A stretch of 64,000 nt of DNA. Source: the human T2T-CHM13v2.0 reference genome, Homo sapiens. The notes beneath the pieces are model-generated. The model was not told where the DNA came from, did no database searches, and was given only the letters and a program-made list of their open reading frames with translations. This document shows, piece after piece, positions 53,501 to 64,000 of this stretch. Position numbers and translations under genes: made by a program. The stretch's first letter is position 1, and each line of letters starts with the position of its first letter. The stretch lies in the NCBI RefSeq assembly GCF_009914755.1, contig NC_060933.1; one strand, written 5' to 3'.

Positions 53501-56500
53501 TGGACATTTGGAGCGCTTTGAGGCCTATGTTGAAAAAGGAAATATCTTCCCATAAAAACTAGACAGAAGCATTCTCAGAAACTTGTTTGTGATGTGTGTA
53601 TTCAACTAACAGAGATGAACCTTTCTTTTTACAGAGCAGTTTTTAAACTCTCTTTTTGTGGAATCTGAAAGTGGATATTTGGATAGCTTCGAGGATTTCG
53701 TTGGAAACGGGATTACATATAAAATCTAGAGAGAAGCATTCTCAGGAACTTCTTTGTGATGTTTGCATTCAAGTCACAGAACTGAACATTCCCTTTCATA
53801 GAGCATGTTTGAAACACTCTTTCTGTAGTATCTGCAAGCGGACGTTTCAAGCGCTTTCAGGCCTATGGTGAGAAAGGAAATATCTTCAAGTAAAAACTAG
53901 ACAGAAGCATTCTCAGAAACTTATTTGCCATGTGTGTCCTCAACTAACAGAGTTGAACCTTTGTTTTGATACGGCATTTTGGAAACACTCTTTTTGTAGA
54001 ATCTGCAGGTGGATATTCGGATAGCTTTGAAGGTTTCGTTGGAAACGGGAATATCTTCATAGAAAATCTAGACGGAAGCATTCTCAGAAACTGCTTTGTG
54101 ATGTTTTCATTCAAGTCACAGAGTAGAATGTTCTCTTTTATATACCAGGTTTGAGACACTCTTTCTGCACTATCTGGAAGTGGACATTTGGAGCGCTTTG
54201 AGGCCTATGATGAAAAAGGAAATATCTTCCCATAAAAACTAGACAGAAGCATTCTCAGAAACTTGGTTGTGATGTGTGTATTCAACTAACAGAGATGAAC
54301 CTTTCTTTTTACAGAGCAGTTTTGAAACACTCTTTTTGTGGAATCTGAAAGTGCATATTTGGATAGCTTTGAGGATTTCGTTGGAAACGGGATTACATAT
54401 AAAATCTAGAGAGAAGCATTCTCAGGAACTTCTTTGTGATGTTTGCATTCAAGTCACAGAACTGAACATTCCCTTTCATAGAGCATGTTTGAAACACTCT
54501 TTCTGTAGTATCTGCAAACGGACATTTCAAGCGCTTTCAGGCCTATGGTAAGAAAGGAAATATCTTCAAATAAAAACTAGACAGAAGCATTCTCAGAAAC
54601 TTATTTGCGATGTGTGTCCTCAACTAACAGAGTTGAACCTTTGTTTTGATACAACATTTTGGAAACACTCTTTTTGTAGAATCTGCAAGTGGATATTTGG
54701 ATAGCTTTGAAGGTTTCGTTGGAAACGGGAATATCTTCATATAAAATCAAGACAGAAGCATTCTCAGAAACTTCTCTGTGATGTTTGCATTCAACTCATA
54801 GAGGTGAACACTTCCCTTCATAGAGCAGGTTTGAAACACTCTTTTTGTAATATTTGGAAGTGGACATTTGCAGCGCTTTGAGGCCTATGTTGAAAAAGGA
54901 AATATCTTCTCCTAAAAACCAGACAGAAGCATTCTCAGAAACTTCCTTGTGATGTGTGTACTCAAGTAACAGAGTTGAACCTTACTTTTGACAGAGCCGT
55001 TTTGAAACAGTCTTTTTGTAGAATCTGGAAGTAGATATTTGGACACCTTTGAGGATTTCTTTTGAAACGGGATATCTTCATATAAAATCTAGACAGAAGC
55101 ATTCTCAGAAACTTCTTTGTGCTGTATGTCCTCAATTAACAGAGTTGAACCTTTGTGTGGATACAGCATTTTGGAAACACTCCTTTAGTAGGATATGCAA
55201 GTTGATATTTAGATAGCTAGGAAGATTTCCTTGGAAACGGGAATATCTTCATATAAAATCTAGACGGAAGCATTCTCAGAAAGTGCTTTGTGATGTTTGC
55301 ATTCAAGTCACAGAGTTGAATATTCCCTTTTATAGAGCAGGTTTGAAACACTCTTTCTGCACTACCTGGAAGTGGACATTTGGAGCGCTTTGAGGCCTAT
55401 GTTGAAAAAGGAAATATCTTCCCATAAAAACTAGACAGAAGCATTCTCAGAAACTTGTTTGTGATGTGTGTATTCAACTAACAGAGATGAACCTTTCTTT
55501 TTACAGAGCAGTTTTGAAACACTCTTTTTGTGGAATCTGAAAGTGCATATTTGGATAGCTTTGAGGATTTCGTTGGAAACGGGATTACATATAAAATCTA
55601 GAGAGAAGCATTCTCAGGAACTTCTTTGTGATGTTTGCATTCACGTCACAGAACTGAACATTGCCTTTCATAGAGCATGTTTGAAACACTCTTTCTGTAG
55701 TATCTGCAAACGGACATTTCAAGCGCTTTCAGGCCTATGGTAAGAAAGGAAATATCGTCAAATAAAAACTAGACAGAAGCATTCTCAGAAACTTATTTGC
55801 GATGTGTGTCCTCAACTAACAGAGTTGAACCTTTGTTTTGATACAACATTTTGGAAACACTCTTTTAGTAGAATCTGCAAGTGGATATTTGGATAGCTTT
55901 GAAGGTTTCGTTGGAAACGGGAATACCTTCATATAAAATCAAGACAGAAGCATTCTCAGAAACTTCTCTGTGATGTTTGCATTCAACTCATAGAGGTGAA
56001 CACTTCCCTTCATAGAGCAGTTTTGAAACACTCTTTTTGTAATATTTGGAAGTGGACATTTGCAGCGCTTTGAGGCCTATGTTGAAAAACGAAATATCTT
56101 CTCCTAAAAACCAGACAGAAGCATTCTCAGAAACTTCCTTGTGATGTGTGTACTCAAGTAACAGAGTTGAACCTTGCTTTTGACAGAGCCGTTTTGAAAC
56201 AGTCTTTTTGTAGAATCTGGAAGTAGATATTTGGACACCTTTGAGGATTTCATTGGAAACGGGATATCTTCATATAAAATATAGACAGAAGCATTCTCAG
56301 AAACTTCTTTGTGCTGTATGTCCTCAATTAACAGAGTTGAACCTTTGTGTGGATACAGCATTTTGGAAACACTCCTTTAGTAGGATATGCAAGTTGATAT
56401 TTAGATAGCTAGGAAGATTTCCTTGGAAACGGGAATATCTTCATATAAAATCTAGACGGAAGCATTCTCAGAAAGTGCTTTGTGATGTTTGCATTCAAGT

Positions 56501-59500
56501 CACAGAGTTGAATATTCCCTTTTATAGAGCAGGTTTGAAACACTCTTTCTGCACTACCTGGAAGTGGACATTTGGAGCGCTTTGAGGCCTATGTTGAAAA
56601 AGGAAATATCTTCCCATAAAAACTAGACAGAAGCATTCTCAGAAACTTGTTTGTGATGTGTGTATTCAACTAACAGAGATGAACCTCTCTTTTTACAGAG
56701 CAGTTTTTAAACACTCTTTTTGTGGAATCTGAAAGTGGATATTTGGATAGCTTTGAGGATTTCATTGGAAACGGGATTACATATAAAATCTAGAGAGAAG
56801 CATTCTCAGGAACTTCTTTGTGATGTTTGCATTCAAGTCACAGAACTGAACATTCCCTTTCATAGAGCATGTTTGAAACACTCTTTCTGTAGTATCTGCA
56901 AGCGGACGTTTCAAGCGCTTTCAGGCCTATGGTGAGAAAGGAAATATCTTCAAGTAAAAACTAGACAGAAGCATTCTCAGAAACTTATTTGCCATGTGTG
57001 TTCTCAACTAACAGAGTTGAACCTTTGTTTTGATACGGCATTTTGGAAACACTCTTTTTGTAGAATCTGCAGGTGGATATTCGGATAGCTTTGAAGGTTT
57101 CGTTGGAAACGGGAATATCTTCATAGAAAATCTAGACGGAAGCATTCTCAGAAACTGCTTTGTGATGTTTTCATTCAAGTCACAGATTAGAATGTTCCCT
57201 TTTATATACCAGGTTTGAGACACTCTTTCTGCACTATCTGGAAGTGGACATTTGGAGCGCTTTGAGGCCTATGTTGAAAAAGGAAATATCTTCCCATAAA
57301 AACTAGACAGAAGCATTCTCAGAAACTTGTTTGTGATGTGTGTATTCAACTAACAGAGATGAACCTTTCTTTTTACAGAGCAGTTTTGAAACACTCTTTT
57401 TGTGGAATCTGAAAGTGCATATTTGGATAGCTTTGAGGATTTCGTTGGAAACGGGATTACATATAAAATCTAGAGAGAAGCATTCTCAGGAACTTCTTTG
57501 TGATGTTTGCATTCACGTCACAGAACTGAACATTGCCTTTCATAGAGCATGTTTGAAACACTCTTTCTGTAGTATCTGCAAACGGACATTTCAAGCGCTT
57601 TCAGGCCTATGGTAAGAAAGGAAATATCGTCAAATAAAAACTAGACAGAAGCATTCTCAGAAACTTATTTGCGATGTGTGTCCTCAACTAACAGAGTTGA
57701 ACCTTTGTTTTGATACAACATTTTGGAAACACTCTTTTAGTAGAATCTGCAAGTGGATATTTGGATAGCTTTGAAGGTTTCGTTGGAAACGGGAATATCT
57801 TCATATAAAATCAAGACAGAAGCATTCTCAGAAACTTCTCTGTGATGTTTGCATTCAACTCATAGAGGTGAACACTTCCCTTCATAGAGCAGTTTTGAAA
57901 CACTCTTTTTGTAATATTTGGAAGTGGACATTTGCAGCGCTTTGAGGCCTATGTTGAAAAACGAAATATCTTCTCCTAAAAACCAGACAGAAGCATTCTC
58001 AGAAACTTCCTTGTGATGTGTGTACTCAAGTAACAGAGTTGAACCTTGCTTTTGACAGAGCCGTTTTGAAACAGTCTTTTTGTAGAATCTGGAAGTAGAT
58101 ATTTGGACACCTTTGAGGATTTCATTGGAAACGGGATATCTTCATATAAAATATAGACAGAAGCATTCTCAGAAACTTCTTTGTGCTGTATGTCCTCAAT
58201 TAAGAGAGTTGAACCTTTGTGTGGATACAGCATTTTGGAAACACTCCTTTAGTAGGATATGCAAGTTGATATTTAGATAGCTAGGAAGATTTCCTTGGAA
58301 ACGGGAATATCTTCATATAAAATCTAGACGGAAGCATTCTCAGAAAGTGCTTTGTGATGTTTGCATTCAAGTCACAGAGTTGAATATTCCCTTTTATAGA
58401 GCAGGTTTGAAACACTCTTTCTGCACTACCTGGAAGTGGACATTTGGAGCGCTTTGAGGCCTATGTTGAAAAAGGAAATATCTTCCCATAAAAACTAGAC
58501 AGAAGCATTCTCAGAAACTTGTTTGTGATGTGTGTATTCAACTAACAGAGATGAACCTTTCTTTTTACAGAGCAGTTTTTAAACTCTCTTTTTGTGGAAT
58601 CTGAAAGTGGATATTTGGATAGCTTCGAGGATTTCGTTGGAAACGGGATTACATATAAAATCTAGAGAGAAGCATTCTCAGGAACTTCTTTGTGATGTTT
58701 GCATTCAAGTCACAGAACTGAACATTCCCTTTCATAGAGCATGTTTGAAACACTCTTTCTGTAGTATCTGCAAGCGGACGTTTCAAGCGCTTTCAGGCCT
58801 ATGGTGAGAAAGGAAATATCTTCAAGTAAAAACTAGACAGAAGCATTCTCAGAAACTTATTTGCCATGTGTGTCCTCAACTAACAGAGTTGAACCTTTGT
58901 TTTGATACGGCATTTTGGAAACACTCTTTTTGTAGAATCTGCAGGTGGATATTCGGATAGCTTTGAAGGTTTCGTTGGAAACGGGAATATCTTCATAGAA
59001 AATCTAGACGGAAGCATTCTCAGAAACTGCTTTGTGATGTTTTCATTCAAGTCACAGAGTAGAATGTTCTCTTTTATATACCAGGTTTGAGACACTCTTT
59101 CTGCACTATCTGGAAGTGGACATTTGGAGCGCTTTGAGGCCTATGATGAAAAAGGAAATATCTTCCCATAAAAACTAGACAGAAGCATTCTCAGAAACTT
59201 GGTTGTGATGTGTGTATTCAACTAACAGAGATGAACCTTTCTTTTTACAGAGCAGTTTTGAAACACTCTTTTTGTGGAATCTGAAAGTGCATATTTGGAT
59301 AGCTTTGAGGATTTCGTTGGAAACGGGATTACATATAAAATCTAGAGAGAAGCATTCTCAGGAACTTCTTTGTGATGTTTGCATTCAAGTCACAGAACTG
59401 AACATTCCCTTTCATAGAGCATGTTTGAAACACTCTTTCTGTAGTATCTGCAAACGGACATTTCAAGCGCTTTCAGGCCTATGGTAAGAAAGGAAATATC

Positions 59501-60377
59501 TTCAAATAAAAACTAGACAGAAGCATTCTCAGAAACTTATTTGCGATGTGTGTCCTCAACTAACAGAGTTGAACCTTTGTTTTGATACAACATTTTGGAA
59601 ACACTCTTTTTGTAGAATCTGCAAGTGGATATTTGGATAGCTTTGAAGGTTTCGTTGGAAACGGGAATATCTTCATATAAAATCAAGACAGAAGCATTCT
59701 CAGAAACTTCTCTGTGATGTTTGCATTCAACTCATAGAGGTGAACACTTCCCTTCATAGAGCAGGTTTGAAACACTCTTTTTGTAATATTTGGAAGTGGA
59801 CATTTGCAGCGCTTTGAGGCCTATGTTGAAAAAGGAAATATCTTCTCCTAAAAACCAGACAGAAGCATTCTCAGAAACTTCCTTGTGATGTGTGTACTCA
59901 AGTAACAGAGTTGAACCTTACTTTTGACAGAGCCGTTTTGAAACAGTCTTTTTGTAGAATCTGGAAGTAGATATTTGGACACCTTTGAGGATTTCTTTTG
60001 AAACGGGATATCTTCATATAAAATCTAGACAGAAGCATTCTCAGAAACTTCTTTGTGCTGTATGTCCTCAATTAACAGAGTTGAACCTTTGTGTGGATAC
60101 AGCATTTTGGAAACACTCCTTTAGTAGGATATGCAAGTTGATATTTAGATAGCTAGGAAGATTTCCTTGGAAACGGGAATATCTTCATATAAAATCTAGA
60201 CGGAAGCATTCTCAGAAAGTGCTTTGTGATGTTTGCATTCAAGTCACAGAGTTGAATATTCCCTTTTATAGAGCAGGTTTGAAACACTCTTTCTGCACTA
60301 CCTGGAAGTGGACATTTGGAGCGCTTTGAGGCCTATGTTGAAAAAGGAAATATCTTCCCATAAAAACTAGACAGAAG
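50506..60377 (+). repeat. Near-perfect tandem duplication of a 4936-bp block (29 monomers: 7+4+7+4+7)
   Basis: Rare alleles recur at +4936 (ORF variants 50532/55468, 51168/56104, 51784/56720, 52404/57340, 53656/58592, 54276/59212). Confidence 0.92.
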
Positions 60378-61057
60378 CATTCTCAGAAACTTGTTTGTGA
60401 TGTGTGTATTCAACTAACAGAGATGAACCTTTCTTTTTACAGAGCAGTTTTGAAACACTCTTTTTGTGGAATCTGAAAGTGGATATTTGGATAGCTTCGA
60501 GGATTTCGTTGGAAACGGGATTACATATAAAATCTAGAGAGAAGCATTCTCAGGAACTTCTTTGTGATGTTTGCATTCAAGTCACAGAACTGAACATTCC
60601 CTTTCGTAGAGCATGTTTGAAACACTCTTTCTGTAGTTTCTGCAAGCGGACGTTTCAAGCGCTTTCAGGCCTATGGTGAGAAAGGAAATATCTTCAAGTA
60701 AAAACTAGACAGAAGCATTCTCAGAAACTTATTTGCCATGTGTGTTCTCAACTAACAGAGTTGAACCTTTGTTTTGATACGGCATTTTGGAAACACTCTT
60801 TTTGTAGAATCTGCAGGTGGATATTCGGATAGCTTTGAAGGTTTCGTTGGAAACGGGAATATCTTCATAGAAAATCTAGACGGAAGCATTCTCAGAAACT
60901 GCTTTGTGATGTTTTCATTCAAGTCACAGAGTAGAATGTTCTCTTTTATATACCAGGTTTGAGACACTCTTTCTGCACTATCTGGAAGTGGACATTTGGA
61001 GCGCTTTGAGGCCTATGATGAAAAAGGAAATATCTTCCCATAAAAACTAGACAGAAG

Positions 61058-62929
61058 CATTCTCAGAAACTTGTTTGTGATGTGTGTATTCAACTAACAG
61101 AGATGAACCTTTCTTTTTACAGAGCAGTTTTGAAACACTCTTTTTGTGGAATCTGAAAGTGCATATTTGGATAGCTTTGAGGATTTCGTTGGAAACGGGA
61201 TTACATATAAAATCTAGAGAGAAGCATTCTCAGGAACTTCTTTGTGATGTTTGCATTCACGTCACAGAACTGAACATTCCCTTTCATAGAGCATGTTTGA
61301 AACACTCTTTCTGTAGTATCTGCAAACGGACATTTCAAGCGCTTTCAGGCCTATGGTAAGAAAGGAAATATCTTCAAATAAAAACTAGACAGAAGCATTC
61401 TCAGAAACTTATTTGCGATGTGTGTCCTCAACTAACAGAGTTGAACCTTTGTTTTGATACAACATTTTGGAAACACTCTTTTAGTAGAATCTGCAAGTGG
61501 ATATTCGGATAGCTTTGAAGGTTTCGTTGGAAACGGGAATATCTTCATATAAAATCAAGACAGAAGCATTCTCAGAAACTTCTCTGTGATGTTTGCATTC
61601 AACTCATAGAGGTGAACACTTCCCTTCATAGAGCAGTTTTGAAACACTCTTTTTGTAATATTTGGAAGTGGACATTTGCAGCGCTTTGAGGCCTATGTTG
61701 AAAAAGGAAATATCTTCTCCTAAAAACCAGACAGAAGCATTCTCAGAAACTTCCTTGTGATGTGTGTACTCAGGTAACAGAGTTGAACCTCACTTTTGAC
61801 AGAGCCGTTTTGAAACAGTCTTTTTGTAGAATCTGGAAGTAGATATTTGGACACCTTTGAGGATTTCTTTGGAAACGGGATATCTTCATATAAAATCTAG
61901 ACAGAAGCATTCTCAGAAACTTCTTTTTGCTGTATGTCCTCAATTAACAGAGTTGAAACTTTGTGTGGATACAGCATTTTGGAAACACTCCTTTAGTAGG
62001 ATATGCAAGTTGATATTTAGATAGCTAGGAAGATTTCCTTGGAAACGGGAATATCTTCATATAAAATCTAGACGGAAGCATTCTCAGAAAGTGCTTTGTG
62101 ATGTTTGCATTCAAGTCACAGAGTTGAATATTCCCTTTTATAGAGCAGGTTTGAAACACTCTTTCTGCACTACCTGGAAGTGGACATTTGGAGCGCTTTG
62201 AGGCCTATGTTGAAAAAGGAAATATCTTCCCATAAAAACTAGACAGATGCATTCTCAGAAACTTGTTTGTGATGTGTGTATTCAACTAACAGAGATGAAC
62301 CTTTCTTTTTACAGAGCAGTTTTGAAACACTCTTTTTGTGGAATCTGAAAGTGGATATTTGGATAGCTTCGAGGATTTCGTTGGAAACGGGATTACATAT
62401 AAAATCTAGAGAGAAGCATTCTCAGGAACTTCTTTGTGATGTTTGCATTCAAGTCACAGAACTGAACATTCCCTTTCATAGAGCATGTTTGAAACACTCT
62501 TTCTGTAGTATCTGCAAGCGGACGTTTCAAGCGCTTTCAGGCCTATGGTGAGAAAGGAAATATCTTCAAGTAAAAACTAGACAGAAGCATTCTCAGAAAC
62601 TTATTTGCCATGTGTGTCCTCAACTAACAGAGTTGAACCTTTGTTTTGATACGGCATTTTGGAAACACTCTTTTTGTAGAATCTGCAGGTGGATATTCGG
62701 ATAGCTTTGAAGGATTCGTTGGAAACGGGAATATCTTCATATAAAATCTAGACGGAAGCATTCTCAGAAACTGCTTTGTGATGTTTTCATTCAAGTCACA
62801 GAGTAGAATGTTCCCTTTTATATACCAGGTTTGAGACACTCTTTCTGCACTATCTGGAAGTGGACATTTGGAGCGCTTTGAGGCCTATGATGAAAAAGGA
62901 AATATCTTCCCATAAAAACTAGACAGAAG
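61058..62929 (+). repeat. Representative 11-mer HOR (7-mer + 4-mer, 1872 bp)
   Basis: Markers 61084, 62276 and 62956 give spacings of 1192 and 680. Confidence 0.92.
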
Positions 62930-64000
62930 CATTCTCAGAAACTTGTTTGTGATGTGTGTATTCAACTAACAGAGATGAACCTTTCTTTTTACAGAGCAGT
63001 TTTGAAACAATCTTTTTGTGGAATCTGAAAGTGGATATTTGGATAGCTTTGAGGATTTCGTTGGAAACGGGATTACATATAAAATCTAGAGAGAAGCATT
63101 CTCAGGAACTTCTTTGTGATGTTTCCATTCACGTCACAGAACTGAACATTCCCTTTCATAGAGCATGTTTGAAACACTCTTTCTGTAGTATCTGCAAACG
63201 GACATTTCAAGCGCTTTCAGGCCTATGGTAAGAAAGGAAATATCTTCAAATAAAAACTAGACAGAAGCATTCTCAGAAACTTATTTGCGATGTGTGTCCT
63301 CAACTAACAGAGTTGAACCTTTGTTTTGATACAACATTTTGGAAACACTCTTTTTGTAGAATCTGCAAGTGGATATTTGGATAGCTTTGAAGGTTTCGTT
63401 GGAAACGGGAATATCTTCATATAAAATCAAGACAGAAGCATTCTCAGAAACTTCTCTGTGATGTTTGCATTCAACTCATAGAGTTGAACACTTCCCTTCA
63501 TAGAGCAGGTTTGAAACACTCTTTTTGTAATATTTGGAAGTGGACATTTGCAGCGCTTTGAGGCCTATGTTGAAAAAGGAAATATCTTCTCCTAAAAACC
63601 AGACAGAAGCATTCTCAGAAACTTCCTTGTGATGTGTGTACTCAAGTAACAGAGTTGAACCTTCCTTTTGACAGAGCCGTTTTGAAACAGTCTTTTTGTA
63701 GAATCTGGAAGTAGATATTTGGACACCTTTGAGGATTTCTTTGGAAACGGGATATCTTCATATAAAATCTAGACAGAAGCATTCTCAGAAACTTCTTTGT
63801 GCTGTATGTCCTCAATTAACAGAGTTGAACCTTTGTGTGGATACAGCATTTTGGAAACACTCCTTTAGTAGAGTCTGCAAGTTGATATTTAGATAGCTAG
63901 GAAGATTTCCTTGGAAACGGGAATATCTTCATATAAAATCTAGACGGAAGCATTCTCAGAAAGTGCTTTGTGATGTTTGCATTCAAGTCACGGAGTTGAA

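Larger units (their letters stand above)
1..64000 (+). repeat. Centromeric alpha-satellite HOR array (SF2-type; 7-mer/4-mer/11-mer; likely human D9Z4)
   Basis: The motif (a)gcattctcagaaact recurs every ~168-171 bp (149, 320, 491, 661, 832, 1003, ...) across the whole window. CENP-B boxes TTTCGTTGGAAACGGGA and pJalpha-type TGAAAAAGGAAAT tails lie on the + strand. Alpha-satellite identity is essentially certain; the chromosome 9 assignment rests on recalled HOR sizes only (confidence about 0.65). Confidence 0.99.
37402..64000 (+). repeat. HOR haplotype layer 2: mainly 11-mer (680+1192 = 1872 bp), no indels in unit spacing
   Basis: All marker spacings are exactly 680 or 1192. Shared alleles are gagcatgttt, tctagagag, tcacgtcac, aaacggacattt, ggtaagaaagg and taggatatgc; the m5 box is always degenerate. 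Confidence 0.88.

Noticed and set aside
357-63231. Recurrent 61-142 aa ORFs (MYSTNRDEPFF..., MSNEILKGIK..., MDILIPLRIS..., MSQTWYIKG...)
   Set aside because: They are translations of satellite monomers recurring at HOR periodicity, many start at GTG/TTG, and they are freely broken by stops and frameshifts. I used them only as position markers.
1-64000. CRISPR-like array (conserved agacagaagcattctcagaaact with variable intervening sequence)
   Set aside because: The intervening sequences are homologous ~150-bp satellite bodies rather than unique spacers, and there are no cas genes.
1-64000. L1/Alu insertion or inversion within the array
   Set aside because: All marker spacings are whole multiples of monomers, and I saw no poly-A tail, foreign sequence or reverse-strand monomers.
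37402-64000. Assignment to the chromosome 13/21 11-mer (D13Z1/D21Z1)
   Set aside because: The unit size is similar, but the monomer sequences differ from my recollection of the alphaRI/alpha21-I repeat and EcoRI sites are only sporadic here. Disfavoured rather than excluded without an alignment.
1-64000. TATAAAA motifs after the box monomers as promoters
   Set aside because: They are part of the alpha-satellite consensus, and nothing in the sequence supports promoter function at any particular copy.

Overview
The whole 64 kb window is one uninterrupted, head-to-tail array of primate (human-type) centromeric alpha satellite, with about 375 monomers of roughly 171 bp, all in one orientation. 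I see no genes, transposon insertions or inversions, and every listed ORF is a translation artefact of the repeat. The monomers alternate CENP-B-box and pJalpha-box types as in suprachromosomal family 2. They form higher-order repeats (HORs): a 7-mer (1189-1193 bp, 35 complete copies) and a 4-mer (678-680 bp, 26 copies), often paired as an 11-mer of 1872 bp, plus one 9-mer and one probable 13-mer near the left end. From recall, this 7/4/11-mer set fits the chromosome 9 array D9Z4 best; that assignment is unverified inference. I label the 7-mer monomers m1-m7. The internal architecture has four zones: an irregular mosaic (1-9 kb); a 7-mer-rich haplotype layer marked by a 2-bp deletion (9-32 kb); a divergent boundary zone ending in a pinpointable chimeric monomer (32-37 kb); and a more homogeneous 11-mer layer with a very recent 4936-bp tandem duplication (37-64 kb). 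CENP-B box density differs between layers. I found no new protein-coding or RNA system; what is notable here is satellite evolution and centromere architecture.
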